Source of the DNA: the human T2T-CHM13v2.0 reference genome, Homo sapiens
DNA length: 64,000 nt
Strand: one strand, 5' to 3'
NCBI RefSeq assembly: GCF_009914755.1
Contig: NC_060926.1
The number at the start of each line of letters is the position of its first letter. The first letter of the stretch is position 1. Position numbers and translations under genes: made by a program. The notes under the pieces were generated by a model that saw only the letters and a list, made by a program, of their open reading frames with translations, did no database searches and was not told where the DNA came from. Of the stretch, positions 14,234-30,940 are shown piece by piece.

Positions 14234-15281
14234 ACAACTAGGGTTTTATAATACATTCCACCAGTTGGCCTGCAAGCTGTCAGGAGAAACTGCCTTTATA
14301 AAAAACTGGCCTGAGCAGGGAGGGCCCAGCCAAAAAGCAGCATCTCAGAGCCAGAAAATCCACCCACTGGACACCAAAGCAAAGAAGCAAACAAATCCTA
14401 CTCAAATTAGCATAGCGTGGTCCTGGAAGATTTTGATTTACTTCAGGATCCTGGTAGCTCTTGAGAGACCAGTGTCCCATGGTGAACCCAGCCAGCGCTG
14501 GTCACTCTCACTAATGGCTTGGTGGAATTTCCATGCCTCCTGGAATTTCCTTTTCCTTACAGCTGAATAGAAACGTGAGTTCCCACAGTTTGGAGCTCTC
14601 AGGAATATTAAGCGAAATAAGTAGGTGAAGTTCCTGACAAAGCGCTTCATGTTTTCAGGGCTTGATGGAGGTTAGAGCTCCTTTCCCTAGCTTGCTTTCT
14701 GCTGTGATAGTAAAAGGAAAGAAAAAGCATTATCTTATTTCCTTCTCTCCTAAACACTGCCCCTGCCCCCACTACCCGCCAAAAAGCCACTGATGGTACA
14801 ACTTCAGCCAAGGTGCCAAGGTGCTAAGAGGCATACAGTGAACTTCTGCAAAAGGGTTCTGAAGGGAGACTCACTAACAGCCACGCCGGCTGCTCAGGCA
14901 GAGCTGAGTACTAATGCGTGATGAGATCACTCCACGGATAAAGAAAATAAGGTGATCCTTGTTGGGCAGAGACATGAGAGCAGGCTCATCCCTAAACTTA
15001 AAAAAGAAAGAAAGAAAAATACTTTAGAGCCAGAAGGGAACCTCAAGGACATTTAGAATAGCTGCTTCCCTTTCAGACAAATGCTCAAGAGAAAGCGCTA
15101 AAATCCAGTGCCAGGGTCCTTCTTGGCCGAGTCAGTGCCTCACAGTGGATTCCGGTGGCTTCTCTGTCCCACACAGTGTCTGGGCCTCACATGGAGGGAA
15201 GCTGCTGCGCACTCTTGTTACACTGAAGGTATAAAAATGACCCCAGGAAAGGCTTTACACTCAGGATATGAAAGAAAAGAA

Positions 15282-15726
<445 letters not shown>

Positions 15727-15779
15727 CTACAGCAAGGGCAACAGGAACACAGAGCTTCAGATGCAAAGAATGGTACCAC

Positions 15780-15907
15780 AGCATCAGGAATTGGATGCTG
15801 TGCCTCTGTCCCCTGAAGAGCATCAGGAATTGGATGCTGTGCCTCTGTCCCCTGAAGAGCCGCAGGAATTGGATGCTGTGCCTCTGTCCCCTGATGAGCA
15901 GCAGGAA
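15780..15907. repeat. 39-bp tandem repeat, about 3.3 copies
   Basis: AGCATCAGGAATTGGATGCTGTGCCTCTGTCCCCTGAAG; each intact unit carries the inverted repeat AGCATC..GATGCT. Confidence 0.93.
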
Positions 15908-17574
15908 AGGTCCCTGGACCCTTCCTGGATTAGCTACACAGACATGGAAATGATGCCTGGGCACACAACTGTGCTCTGGGGGTAAGAAAGAACTATCTCA
16001 GTTTGGTGCAAACAGTGTCAGGAATCGACAGCCCCAGGCATCAGCACACACTTGGACTTAGGAAGACCCACTTCCACCACCTGTTCTCCCAGTGACCTGC
16101 AGCTCCTCTTTTTTACCCATGGACGTGCGTGCATTAGGATCTGCAGCAAGGGGAACTGTTTGTCCTAAAACTTAGCACAACACGAACTGTGTGTCTAGAA
16201 ACTTGGGTGAAATGCAGCGACCTGGCTGAAGGCTGCCCAGCAGCAGCAGCTGGGCCCAGCGGGCGGACGGTGGCCCTGGAATGCCCGTGTCCCGGCTGCT
16301 TTCTGGTGGGATGACACCCAGTTGTTGGTTCCTCTAGTTTAGAGTCACAGACCAACTGCTTATCTTTATCCCTCCGAGTTAGCACCTGTTTTTGTGAATT
16401 AACTCCTTGTGTGCAGCAGTAATAGGAATGTCTAGTGCCCTCAATGCCGACTCAGGCCCACCGATGAAGAGATGGCCACCTCAGGGATCTGCCCACCGCC
16501 GCCCAGGTGGACCAGCCCAGGTGTGAATGGCCCCTCCTCTAGGATTGGCAGATCTGTTCTCTCCGTATTTTCTTTCCTTTTCTGTTTTGAACTGGCCTAC
16601 CTAACCTAACCGCCACTTCCTTCATTAATGGGGAACAAAGGCACGTGGACTCGGATCAATTGTCTAAGGATTTCCACTTTAATCCAGGGTTATTCGGGGG
16701 TGAAATGCCCTCTAAGTATTTTGAAAAGCGCCCGGCATGCAGATGGGGCTTAGGGAATGTTTTCTTTCTGGCAAGGAGCACTGCTCCGTAATAACTAGAA
16801 AGCGAAAGTTGGCTATCCTGGTGTCTCAAAAGCGGGGTCCTTACACTGGCTGCTTGGGACTGCATCCACAGGGAGAGGTTGTGAGGGTGGGTCAGGGTAT
16901 TCTGGAAGGCAGAAACTGACAGGAGCAGCCTGGGAGACAGGAGCAGCCTGGGGGACAGGATGCCTCCAGGAGCCCCAGACCTTGAGGACCAATGTCAAGA
17001 AGCTGATGACCTTTCTGGTGAACAATGGGCCACATGTTGAGGAATAGTTTGTACTGGCTGCTGGCAGAGGGAGTCCTGCAGGTACACACACGTGGGACGT
17101 TCAGGCGTCTCTCATGCTGTCCTCAGGACCACCAATAACAGTCAGATGAGAGGAGACCCCCGTGGCTGTGGCCAGGGGCTTCATGCCTGCATGCTTGGGA
17201 GCTGCTCAGGTGTGGCTCACTCTTGGTGGATTTGGGGAGGAGGTGCCCTTTGGTAAAGGTACAGCAGGAGGGTGCCAGGTTCTGCCCAGGTTCAGCTTTG
17301 TAGGGTGGATCTGTGCATCATAGGTCTGGGAGCCTTCAGCCCAGGGCATCCGTGCTTTGTGGTGCTTGAAGAGGTTTGCAGGCTCCATTTAGAAATACAA
17401 AATTAGGGGTGCATCTTGCAAGTGAAAGCTGAGAAGGGGAGGCTGGGCTTCTGCTGTGAAGGGGACCAGTCTGCTCAATGGCTACAGGTTACAGCTGATC
17501 TCATTATTCCCAGGAGCCATGTGCTATAAAGTTACTGCACACAGGCTGAGAGCAGAATCACTGCTTTTGGAAAC

Positions 17575-18311
17575 AAAGGGCCAAGCTCCTGCCACCCTCT
17601 GGTCCCATTTTTGTCAATCGATCAATAAAAAACCCTGTTAATATGGTTTGGCTGTGTCCCCACCCAAATCTCATCTTGAATTATAGTTCCCATAACCTCC
17701 ACGTGTCGTGGGAGGGACCTGGTGGGAGGTAATTGAATCATGGGGGTGGTTACCTCCATGCTGTTCCTGATACTGAGTTCTCATGAGATCTGGAGGTTTT
17801 ATTAGGGCTTTTCCCACTTTGCTCTGCACTTCTCTCTCCTGCCGCCATGTGAAGAAGGACACATTTGCTTCCCTTTGCACCATGATTGTAGGTTTCCTGA
17901 GACCTCCCCAGCCATGTGGAGCTGTGAGTTGATTAATCCTCTTTCCTTTATAAATTACCCAGTCTCGGGTATTTCTTCATAGCAGTGTGAGAATGCACGA
18001 ATACACCTGTTTTATGTGTGCTCCCATTTAAAGACAACCTATTTAATAGATACTGTGGATTCCTTAACATAGAAACTCCCAGCCAACAGTCACAACCATG
18101 ACTCCTGTCTGAAGGGAGCTTGGCTAGCGTGTGTTTTCTCTGTGAGGCACATCACAGCCCCCTGCCCTTAGGAACACCAGACACTTCAGCTGCTCTGCGA
18201 GTGCACAGGACTAACTACAAAAGCACTGAGATCATTGCCTGCGTCTACAAATTAATTTCGGCAGGGAGGTGACCTCGCAAATAGAGTCCCCAGATCATGA
18301 GGGTGGACTGT
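17575..18311. mobile_element. MER82-like (TcMar-Tigger) relic split by the THE1 LTR
   Basis: TTGTCAATCGATCAATA left of the LTR continues as TTTATGTGTG..TTTAAAGACA..GGCACATCACAGCC..TTAGGAACAC right of it. Family from recall; ends approximate. Confidence 0.6.
17639..18005 (+). mobile_element. THE1 (THE1C-like) MaLR solo LTR with perfect 5-bp TSD CCTGT
   Basis: TAATATGGTTTGGCTGTGTCCCCACCCAAATCTCATCTTGAATT...AATACA. CCTGT at 17634-17638 and 18006-18010. Confidence 0.93.
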
Positions 18312-18786
18312 GGATGTTTCTAAGGGCTTAAGTGGCTCTCCTCTCTCCTGCTCCTCCAGAGGCCCCCAGTTTTCCTCTGCAGAACTCTCTACACACCTGT
18401 GCTGGTTGGTGACAAGAGAGACCCTCAGAACAAAACAGATTTGCAGGTGGAATCAAGAAAATCAGGCACCAGACATGCAGAGAGTGAGGGCGACAGGGGA
18501 GGGGGTGCCATCCTTGTTATCTGTGGCCTGGGGTGGCCCCAAAGCTGCTCCTGGGTGGAGAAACCCTGGATGAGGGCCTGAGGGACACAGGCAGAAATGT
18601 GGGCACACTGGGGTTCCAGGGAGTAAATCGTCCAGTGCTGGAGAGACCCTCAGGACTTGGGCTCATGATTCCGGTGAGCAGTGAAATCGGTGAAGGTGGG
18701 AGACGGTTTTGAGAAAGACTGCTTTTTCTCAAGTTGCTTCGCTTTATAGATGAGAGGGCCAGAATTATCTCTGCCCCTGCTTTCTA

Positions 18787-19008
<222 letters not shown>

Positions 19009-19941
19009 TCAACTGTCTAATGTCCCAGCCCTGCAGGGAAGTGGTGGTAAGCAAGGCGTAGAATAGCATTATTAGGTTGGTTGCCAGCAAAAGGCTGTCT
19101 GAAAATGAGAAAAAGCAAAAAGACCAATGCATACAGTATGACAGTTATGCACACATGGGGTGCATGTGTGTGCACTCATGCATGTGGTGAGCACTGATCA
19201 TGGGTGCTCGGCTGGGGCTGCCTCTTGGCGGGGGGTCTTGGGAGCTGGGGCTCTGAGAGCAGAGGAAATCTGCCCTTCATTGTATAACTTTCAGAGCTTT
19301 TTGGAACTTTTGTAGAGTGATAATATTGCTTAAAAATCTTTATTATGGAAAGCATCAAGCTCATAGAAAGGTTGGGTTTAAAAGTTAATTTCAAATATAC
19401 AAAAGTAGAGACAGCAGAATAATGAACTCACCCCAAATTCAGCTGTTATCTCTCAAGGCTAGTCACCTGTGCCCCTCCTGCTTCCCCAGTCTCAAAGGTG
19501 AAAACATAACTGCAATCTCCTTATCTCACTTACAATTTTTAGCCAGTTTTCTAGTATCAGCAGCTATTCAGTCTGTTTTCAAACTTTCCAGGTGTCTCTT
19601 CACTTTTCTCAGCCACTGGTTTGTCGACGTCAGGATGCGTCTCAGCTCTTCACAGTGTATGTGGCAGATGTGGCTGGCAGCCTCCGGGGCAGGAAGGCAC
19701 CTCTGCCTCCTTTTCTGTCCTGTTGGGTGTTTGCTGAAGATGGCGTGTCCTGTGTGCGGAGCGCCTCTTCCATGCAGTCCCGTGCCTCGGCTTCCTCACA
19801 ACTCCTCAGTCTCCGAGGGGCCTTCCCTCCCTTCCAGGGGCTCCTGGACGTGCTGGTCAACTGGAGTCCTCACTGTGCTAAAGGCCAGGGGCCATCTGGC
19901 ACTTAACTATGGGTGAGGTGAAAAACTTCTATATATAACGC

Positions 19942-20285
<344 letters not shown>

Positions 20286-20713
20286 TTATTCTCTCTATAC
20301 ATAATATTGTATTTCACCTGTATATGAAGTGTTAGATGGACCGTGTCCGTAAGTGGTGTGATGATGTGTTAGTGATATATCTAGAAACACTCTTTACTAG
20401 TGCAGGCAGATTACATCATTATTAGAAATATCTCTAATATCTGCATTAATATAATTAAGCTTTCTAAATATTATTTTTGTAATACATTTTCTTTTAAAAT
20501 TTAAGAAAACAGGAAAATTCATAGCAGAAGAACTTGATCGTAATACATTTTCAACTGGGGATATTAGTGGTTGTTTTTGGGGAAATCCTATCTTTGTATA
20601 AAAATATTTCCAGTATTCTTCATCCACACCACAGGTCTAAGTTGTTATTTTTTTGATGTGATGTTTGCATCTCATAATTATAATAGAATATTCATAAAAT
20701 TCTAAATAATCAT

Positions 20714-21054
20714 TGCTGTTGCCTGACTGTGTCCCCTGAAAACTCGTGCACTGAAATCCTGACCCCCACCGGGATGGTGTTAGGAGAAGGGGCGTATGGG
20801 AAGTGAGGAGGCCTCGTGATGGGATCCGTGCCCTTATAACAGGGACCCAGACAGCTCCTTAACCCCTTCTCCCATGTGAGGACAGAGTGAGAAGGCGTCG
20901 TCCACCAACCAGAGAGCAGCAGTTGCCAGATGCCGAATCTGCTGGTGCCTCGGTCTCGGACTTCCAGTCTCCAGAACTTGGAGGAATAAATTTCTGGTTT
21001 CTATGCTGCCCAAGGTATGGTATTTGTTTTTGCAGCCCTGGAACGTCTAAGACA
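20714..21054 (+). mobile_element. MLT1A0-like MaLR LTR
   Basis: CCATGTGAGGACAGAGTGAGAAGGCG..GGACTTCCAGTCTCCAGAAC..AATAAATTTCTG..CTAAGACA. Confidence 0.8.
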
Positions 21055-21164
21055 ATCACCAGTATTTGTTGCTCATACCACAACTCTGTGGCTGTGAACT
21101 GCTGTGTTTGCTGATGATGTTCCTAGGTTCAGTGGGAGAAGGAGCAGCGGGGACTTTAACCCCA

Positions 21165-21244
21165 GCGTCATCAGCTCCAGCATCATCAGCTCTGGCGTCA
21201 TCAGCTCTGGCGTCATCAGCTCCAGCATCATCAGCTCCCGCGTC
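21165..21244. repeat. 15-bp tandem repeat GC(G/A)TCATCAGCTC(CA/TG), about 5 copies
   Basis: Seen directly; gives the ASSAP/ASSAL pseudo-ORF. Confidence 0.9.
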
Positions 21245-22407
21245 CTATCCCATCCCAGGGCAAGCCGCACGGGAAGCCCCAGGAGCAGAGAGGCCTCTGG
21301 GAACTGGGTGGCCTGACAGGGTGGGCACGGTGGGCGCCCTGGCTTCTCCTGCTTGCCCTGACTGCATCCCCAGGAATCCGGACAGTCCCTGAGGGGGTCC
21401 TGGCTCGTGGTTCCCTTTGCTGTTTTTTTGTTCATTTATTTGTTACTAGACATTGGCACTGCTGCTTCTGATGGATCCTCTCACCCTGCCTGCTGCTGTT
21501 TACACCGGAAATCCCTGTGCTACTCAAGCTGTCTTTAGTGTGGGGCGTGAACGAACCCCTCGCGTTCCGGAGGGAACAGGCTCCTCTTCAGTCCTCCCTG
21601 ATGGGGCCTGGGCAACAACCTGGCAGTCGTCCCCACTCCGGGGCACCCTCCTGGGTCTTCTCCTGCCTCCCCATCAGATCCCAGCAGGACGCCCTGCAAA
21701 TCCGGCTGGGGTGGGGGCTGACACTTCTGCTTCCCTAGCTTATCCGTAAATCTGCTTCTGAAGGCGAGCTGGATATTTTCATTTGTAAAATAAGAAGTTC
21801 TCAAAAGATCTGTTAAGGCTCTCCTAAAATAGGATGCTTGGATGTTAACGCCACTTTTCCCCTTCCTGCCACTGGACACACTGTGGCTGTCACACACATC
21901 TTCCTGCAGGTGTGTCTGCGCTTTGGCCCCCGCATCCAGGTAGACTCTGCAGTCAGGTGACTACATCTGGCAAGTCCTTTGTGAGACCAGGAGGCCCACT
22001 GGACCTCACACCGCACCCCCTGATGCTCTAACGCACATAAGACGTGGAACTGGCTAGGAAAGACTTAGGCAGTCCTGTTTGCTCACTTATGAAATGAGAA
22101 TAAAATATTGAATTGACTGTGTTTGTGAAGTTTAATGAAAAGAATGTGTATTCTTGAGGGCAAGGATTAAAATGCACTTTTTTGTTCACTGCTCTGTATC
22201 CCCATGATGGGAGAGTGCTGGAGATGGAATAGGTGCCCAGTGACGACTTCTGAAAGCATAAAATGTCTGAATGCACTTTGTGATGGCTCAGTGAGTGGAG
22301 GCCCAGGGTGAGTGTGAGTGCACCCAGGCTCTGGAAGGTGCAGACTGAGCCCTCAAAGAGGCCTGCGGCAGGATTTTGCAGGACTTCCAAGTTAAGAGAA
22401 GACTCTT

Positions 22408-23091
<684 letters not shown>

Positions 23092-23284
23092 TCATCACTT
23101 CAGTCCAGGTCTGTGCTTCTTTCTCCCTCAGCGAGGCCCCTGGGCCTCAGCCTGGGTCCCATCCGTTCCATCCCACAGCTGAGAAATGGCCCCAGGGGCA
23201 CAGCTGTGATTGCCCCCACTCCCCCAGGAGAGCTTCCAGCAGCTTCTCTGAGAGCAGCTGCCGATGCTGGAATATTTCCTAGAG

Positions 23285-24005
<721 letters not shown>

Positions 24006-24731
24006 CTAGGTGAACGCCCCTGGCACTCCCACTTGAGTTTGCTGTCCCGCCCTGTCCCCATCCAACTGACCTCCCAACTCTTTACTGTTTTGTCCACAAA
24101 GCAGGGCCCGGCCTGCACCAGGAGGCCCTCCAGGCCCAGGCTCTGGCCCACCACAGCGCTGCCTTCCTCGAATCCCCTGCGCCCTGGAGCGCAGCCTCCC
24201 GGGACGTGGACATGGGCGGTTCCCATCCTTGGTTATCTTTTCCTCTTCTGCTGGTCTGAGGGTGGTTCCTCGGAATGCCCACCACATTGCTATGTGTATC
24301 CCGGTGTCCAGGAGCCTTTGCAGATGGGACATGTTTAGTAAAAATGCACAGCATAGAAAATGGAAACAGACTGACATCATGTCAGTGATTTTTCCTTTAG
24401 GATTCGGCTTTTGCAGAAACTGCCCCCAGCCTCCACCTCACTGGGGGTGCGGAGCTCCCCAGCCTCTTTCTCTTTTATGGGTCTTGCCGCAGAATTTTTA
24501 AAGATCTGCTCAGTTAAGTTCTTTAGGGCAGGTCTCACTTTCTTTTTCCCACAGTGCACTAAATGCTTGCAGAATGGTAGGTGCAGGCCTGGCGGAGAGC
24601 ATTCACCCATGAACGAACAGCTCCTTAGTGGTGGGGTGGAGAGTGGAACCTCGTTTCCCTGGCTCTGCTCCAGGCTTGCTTCTTGGGGATTCTTGTTACC
24701 TACAACCTAGGAGCTCCAGGGAGAAGTGAAG

Positions 24732-24890
24732 TACAGGCTTGGAAGTCAGACTTTCTCTGCTAAGTCCTGCTTCTGCTGCTGACTTATTCTAGTGACCTTT
24801 CTAAGCTCGGGTGTTTCATTTGTAAAATGGGAATTTAAAAGCAAACAAAATTTCCCACCTCATAGGGATATTTTGAAGGTTGAATATAGA
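24732..24890 (+). mobile_element. MIR fragment
   Basis: GGAAGTCAGAC..GTGACCTT..GTTTCATTTGTAAAATGGG..ACCTCATAGGGATATTTTGAAGGTTGAAT core-like sequence. Confidence 0.6.
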
Positions 24891-25797
24891 GAAAGGATAT
24901 TAAACCAGAACCATGAAAGGCAGATGTCAGGATAGCCAGGCCTGGGAGAACAGGTGAGGTTCCGTCCTGTGGAATCAGCTCAGTGAGCTCCGGCCGCCAC
25001 AGGCCTGGCTCTCTGGGGCACATGGTTGAGAGCCCGAGGTGAGGCCCCTCTGCGGCTGGGCTTGGTGACGCAGCTCCCAGAGCCTGGCTGTGTTGGTGCG
25101 GATGTCTCTGCCACCTTCGCTGAGCAGCATCAACAGGCCCCTTCCCCATCCTCTCTGTCGCTGGGGTCCCTCCCTGCTCCCACTCGTCATGAGGGGGTGC
25201 ATTTGCTTCTTCAGTGGCTCTTGCCTCATGATGCTGTCAGCTCTACCCCAGCAGGGTCATCCCCGTGTCCTTTCCACCCTCTCCACTCAGAATCACGGTT
25301 CCTGCCTGGGAAACCACGGGCCCTAGAGGGATGTCTGTTGCGTGAATAAAATAGGAAGGACAGTGTCCTGCCTCTCAGTTGTCAGGAAGCAAGAGGGGCC
25401 GAGAGGCCGAGCTGCTTTCCCACTCTGATTCTGAGGAGGGAAGAGTGTGGGGGAGCACCCCCCTGGGTACACCTCCATGGAATCCTAACAGCCACCCCTT
25501 CCCCATGCCCTGCCCCCAGAACTCCCGGCCTCTCCGCACCAGACAGTCGGTCAGGCCAGTGTCCCAGGGCTGCCTGGCCCATCTCTCCTTTGTCCTGTAG
25601 TTTATCTTTTCTAGTTTAGAATTATTTTTTGTCTCTTCTTAGCCATAGATGGCTTTTCCTGCATTCAAACCCTTAGACTGGGGAGTGGCTCCAGGCATCC
25701 AGGTGAGAGGCACACGGCACCGCCCCGAGAAACTCCGTGGCTCCCTGTGCATCAGCACGCTTCATCACCAATGGAACGCCCCATGGCACAGTTATCT

Positions 25798-25942
25798 CTT
25801 TTTTTTCTTTTAAAAATATTTTAATAGAAACTAGGTCTCACCATGTTGCCCAGGCTGGTCTCGAACTCCTGATCTCAAGCGACCCTCCTGCCTCAGCCTC
25901 CCAAAGTGCTAGGATTACAGGTATGAACCACCACATTCAGCC
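25798..25942 (-). mobile_element. FLAM / free Alu left monomer
   Basis: GTTGCCCAGGCTGGTCTCGAACTCCTG..CCCAAAGTGCTAGGATTACAGG with a T-rich tail and no right arm. Confidence 0.85.
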
Positions 25943-27496
25943 TTTTTGTTGTTGTTGTTAAGAAATAAAACAGAAATTTTGATGGCTTAAAGTCCCATGT
26001 TAAAAATTTTGTATTATCCATTACTAACACATCACACAAGCACTTTCCAGCTCAGGTAGTGTTTGGGGACCCAAGGCAAGCGATCATTCTGAGCTACGCT
26101 GTATGGATTAGCGAATGAAGCAGAAGCACTTGGGGAAACCGGACAGGCCCCGCGGATAGCAGTTGTGTGGTGCCTGGCAATTCCTGGCTCAGGAGCAGAG
26201 CTCTCCGCCGGGTTCCCAGAAGCTTTGGGCCCCGGTGGGCACCCCCAGAGGAGAGAGGGAGGAGCCGCTCAAGCCCCCCCACGCCACTCACGATGCTTCC
26301 TCCCTCCTGTTTTAGATCCAGCAGAGAAACCAGCCTAACGGGGAGGAGGTGCTGCGTGAGGAGCCAAGGACATTCCCAGCAAATACTTTCACAGCTTAAA
26401 AGCCACAGCCAAAAGCAGCTGCTGAGGCTACGCCAAGACGAAGGCGCATAAAATGAGGATGGACATGGTGCACGTTGGCTGCTTTGACTTGACTTCAGGG
26501 AAACCCCGTCACCCATGTTCTCTCGCTTCAGGCGCTTCTTTCAAGGCCACTGAGTGAGCGCACAGTGACAGCTGTGGCCCCCCAGGGGGTGGCCCTGTCC
26601 CGTTCCTATGCCCCAGTGTATGCACAGGGCCTCACTGCCCGGCTGGGGGCCTGGGGCCTGCATTGTAGGGTGAGAGGTAGACGAGAGGACCCCGGGGTCC
26701 TGCCAGTTGGTTCCGTCCCAGGGTGGACCCCTGTTGTCGGCAGCACCCAGGGGTCCCTGCAGACGCCGTGCTCCAGAGGGGCTGCACACGGCCACCTTGT
26801 CCTCAGCTCCCCATGGGTGCCTCAGCTCCTGAAATCATGCAGTGTGGTCAGAAGGTGGCTCCTGCTGGGAGGTGGGCACTGGGGTACTTGTCCACTCTTA
26901 TGTCAAAAAGGCCCATTTTCTCATGACTTGATTACAAAGTTCCTTATTAAGTGTATTTAGTCATATCTATTAGGGATCTCCCCATCCTGGCTTCTCCTAC
27001 CTTGAAAATAAAGGAACAGAACTAAGTTATGTGCGGTTAATTAAGTGCATGGGAGAGAACCACCCAGAGGACCGACGGCTCCAGGAAGCAGAGGCCACCG
27101 GTGCAGGGAGGCAAGTCCCCCATGGGTGGGGGGATAGGGGCGCCACACGGCCGGAAACTGCAGAGTCCACATTCCTGGACCCACACTGCGGTTCAGCACC
27201 GGCTTTGCCCACAGTCTCACGCTGCTTCTCTTCACTCTCAGTTAATAAAACTGCCTGCTGGGAATGACAAATAATGGTGTTATTTAAGGAGCAGGAGCCT
27301 TCAGCAAGAGTTTGGGAAACTAAATTAGGAAACAAAGACGGGCCTGAAGAATGATGCATTCTGTCCAAACGCGGCTGTGTCGGTGCTGCCAATTCCAATC
27401 CGGTGACTGCACTGCCAGCTCAGGTCCAATTTGGAAGAGAACCCTGGGAGCAGGCCCAGCGCGGCCCTGGGGGGTGGTGGCGGCCCTGGTGCGGTG

Positions 27497-27516
27497 ACAG
27501 TGCCATCTAGCGGTGG
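27497..27516 (-). promoter_or_regulatory. Candidate CTCF site
   Basis: Minus strand CCGCTAGATGGCACTG matches the core CCRSYAGRKGGCRS at every position. Motif only. Confidence 0.6.
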
Positions 27517-30227
27517 CCTGGGGGCGGTGCTGGTCCCGGGCTCTCGGGAAAGTCCACACACCTGGCTCAGCCAAGGAGGTCAGCCCACGGCTGGTCCCGG
27601 GTGTAAATTATAAAGAGGGTGCTTACTATTTTACTCACACGTTAGTTCTGAACCTGAGACCCAGCGGCCTGTTACAGAAACGCTTCTCCAATTAAAGTCA
27701 AGTGCTGCTGAGTGTAGGTTTGGAAGTCACCAAGTTTCAGTGCGGGGAGGTTCCGGGCAGCAAGTAGTTAGGCGGCTGCTCCACCCGCTTGCCCCAGGCC
27801 CCAGACGTCTGGCACCAGGCGTCAGCACCAGGGATTCCAGATGAAGGTTCCAGCGAAAGCTTTAGAAGGGCTTCAAACCGAGCTCCGGGAGGCCCTGACA
27901 TTTTTTATCAGGACATCAGCTAGAAGGGCCTTTTCCTGGAGAACATTACAGTTGGAAATAACTAAATAAGTGAAACTTTCGAAGGGGGATATGGTTAACA
28001 AGACACACAGATTGGGAAGAAAAATAAGTAATTTGAGAGGAGGTGGGAGTGTGTGTAGAAGCTTTGTTGCAGCTGGAAGGTGCTAGGATGAGAACTCACG
28101 ACAAAGAGCTGCGGGTGGGAAGAGCCCAGCCAGGTGCTGTCTGCGATTCAGTATCCTCTGAACATCAGCTCCACACAGCCAGGGGCAAACAGTTTCCTTC
28201 ACAGTGAGTTTCACTCTAATAACATTTTATTTATTTTACTATTCCCTATTCCACTGCTACTATTTTAATACTCTAACTATATAATATGTAATTTATATGA
28301 GACACAATACACTCCAGGTGTACACTGTTACTGTGTATTTTAATCCTATTCTTGTCACTGATTGACTCATGATGACGGAGCATCTCCTCAATAAGCAAAC
28401 AGGGATTTGGTGCAGCAGCCACAGCCTGTCCTGCATTTGCCCCGGTCGCCACGAGAGCAGCTCTCCTGTGGTTCGCTTCCCGGACTCTGGCCCCAGCATA
28501 TGTGAGGAAGGGCAGGAGGGTGTTCTTGGAGCCACGTGACATTTCTGCCTCTGACTGTGTATCAGATCTGCTTCCATCTCAGTGGGAAGCAATGGCATCG
28601 TGGTCCCTTCTCAAGCCAAGATCCAGAATTTGGAGGTTTTTCCCCTAAAAATATTCTGTGCCAAACAGGGTGCTCTCAAACCATGGAGAGAGGGAAGCGT
28701 TTCTAGAACAGTGACCTCTGTGGCAGGTGGACGCCTCGGCCACAGCCACACAGGCAGGTGGTGCAGAAAGTGCAGCTGTGGGTGGCCGTGTGACCACCCA
28801 GATGGCCCCCAGCTCCCAGCTCCCAGACCAGGTCCCTCCCACTGGGGTGCATGTCCACCTGCCTCAGGAAACAAAGGTCCCTCTCAAAGCCTGAGGGATG
28901 GCAGCTACCCACACAGCTCATTCCTGCAGCCCAGGGAGTCCACCTGCCTCCTGCCCAAGGGATGGATTCTGGAGCCACTGCTATTCGGCAGTGACAATCA
29001 AAACACTGTTAGGAGAAGAAGGCCTGAGAAGAGACGTTTTGAAGAGCCACTTCCATAGGTCATCAAACGTCCTATCTCTATTCACTCATCAGCAACACTT
29101 ACCTCCTGTCCTCAAGCACAGTCCTAACAGGAGGGTCATGACAATGCTAACAGCAGTGGTGAGCTGCTGTAAATGCTTTACTTATCACATGCTGGCATGC
29201 TCTTCAGACTTGGCCCACTGCTCAAACAATCTATGACCATCCCATTTTACAGAGGAGAGAATCGAGACGCAGAACAGCTAACTTGCCCCAGACCATACAG
29301 TCAGAAAAGGCAGGGCTGAGTTTATACCCAGGCCATCCAGCACCAGCCTCACCCTCCACTCCTCCTCCTGCAGCCTCTCTCCATGCACCCGTGAGTGACA
29401 GATGCTACACTCGGGCCCTGCCAGTGCAGTTCGGGCAGAGGCCCCTGTGAATACACATGCCCTACAGGGATGCACATGGTCCGATGATGTGATGCTCTGC
29501 AGCATTACAGAGGGAGGTGGAGTCCGCATGGGTATTTAAAGACAGACATTTGTTTGAAGAGGACAAGGAGCAGTGGAAGGGCCAAAGAAGCCTGAGCAGC
29601 ATGTCTTCAGCTTTGAATTTAGGTCTGGGTGCAACCAAGGGGCAGAGAGGCAGGGAGCTGGAGGGATGGGTAAGAGCTTATTAGGGAAGATCTCAAGTGC
29701 CTTACAGAGGAGAATGGATTTAGCTTCTAGGCAATGACAAAGGATTGGAAGCATGTAATCCTGGCAACCACACAGTAGAGTTTGCTTGGTAGAGAGCTCA
29801 CTGGCAGCAGCCTGGAGGATGCTTGCAGAGGGCAGAGGGCAGTGGGGGGGGGCCAGCGAGGAAGCTGGCAGAGGGGCCTGGGGGAGGAATGAGGGAGTAC
29901 AGCCTGAGGCAGCAATGGGTTCAGAAGAGAGCACCCACTCAAGAGGAGTAAGAAGGGCTGGGGCTTGGTCACCCATTGGATGGGGCTTGCTGCTTTTGCA
30001 TTCCAAATTGATAGTTTGGTTGAGTATAGAATACTGAGTGTGCAATCATTTTCCTAAGAGTTTTGAAGGCATTGTTCTATTTGATTCTTGTTTCCAGCAT
30101 TGCTGTTGAGTACATCTCTTAGCTTCCTTTTCTTTTGTCTCTCACTTTGTCTCTGTTTGTCCCTCTCTTTCTCTGTATCCCCACTCCAGGTTCTCAAAAT
30201 TTCATGATGATGAACCTCTGTGTGGTT

Positions 30228-30940
<713 letters not shown>

